Shown one piece after another: positions 63,652-64,000 of a DNA stretch of 64,000 nucleotides. This DNA comes from Ostrea edulis (Eukaryota). Under the pieces are notes generated by a model. The model made no database searches and was not told the origin of the DNA. It saw only the letters and a program-made list of their open reading frames with translations. The stretch lies in assembly GCF_947568905.1 (NCBI RefSeq), contig NC_079169.1, positions 51,708,001 through 51,772,000 of the forward strand, read 5' to 3'. Each line of letters opens with the position of its first letter. Position 1 is the stretch's first letter. A program made the translations under genes and the position numbers.

Positions 63652-64000
63652 CTGAAAAATAAAATTATCAATGAAAAATTATTAATATTTACAAGCATAA
63701 ACAAGTTTACACACAACAATCAAAATGACACAATTGTGGTCTCCTGTATCAATATCAAGTGGAGCATAGATCAATTAGTTATCATAATCAAAAAGTATCT
63801 GCAAAGCTTTGAGACAGGTTTAAATTTTTGTGACTGACCTGATAAGAGGTCTCCACATTTTTGCAAAACTTGTGGGTTTTTTGTTATTTTGGTTCTTTAT
63901 TTTTTTGGGGGGGGGTGGGGGTGGGGTGGACCATGGACCAAATTACTTCAGAAAAATTCAATACATGTATAACTTTGGTGTCATCTGCTATAAATCAAAA

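Overview
AT-rich eukaryotic (not prokaryotic) DNA. The repeats, notably a ~166-bp HindIII/Cg170-type satellite inside Helentron-like shells, point to an oyster (Ostreidae); that assignment is an inference. I reconstructed five spliced genes by hand from GT-AG boundaries and phase continuity: POLR2K/RPB12 (-, 3 coding exons, 61 aa); an Emi1/Emi2-family F-box/ZBR APC/C inhibitor (FBXO43/FBXO5, +, 4 coding exons, 390 aa); TSEN34 (-, 6 exons, 290 aa); MCM3 (+, 20 exons, 826 aa); and the last four exons of an unidentified membrane-protein gene (-). The four named genes form two head-to-head pairs on bidirectional promoters. Introns are full of SINE-like elements, MITEs, Helentron/satellite arrays and minisatellites. 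Best leads: (1) a complete non-coding mini LTR retrotransposon (TRIM, 24309-25766) with a tRNA-like A/B-box segment in its LTRs, amplified into a minisatellite in the 5' LTR; (2) repeated tandem duplication of splice sites in three genes; (3) POLR2K-FBXO43 head-to-head linkage as in human 8q22; (4) a triplicated unexplained module in FBXO43 intron 1. Most long ORFs in the supplied track are artefacts of repeats or introns. All coordinates were counted by hand; repeat boundaries are approximate to a few bases.
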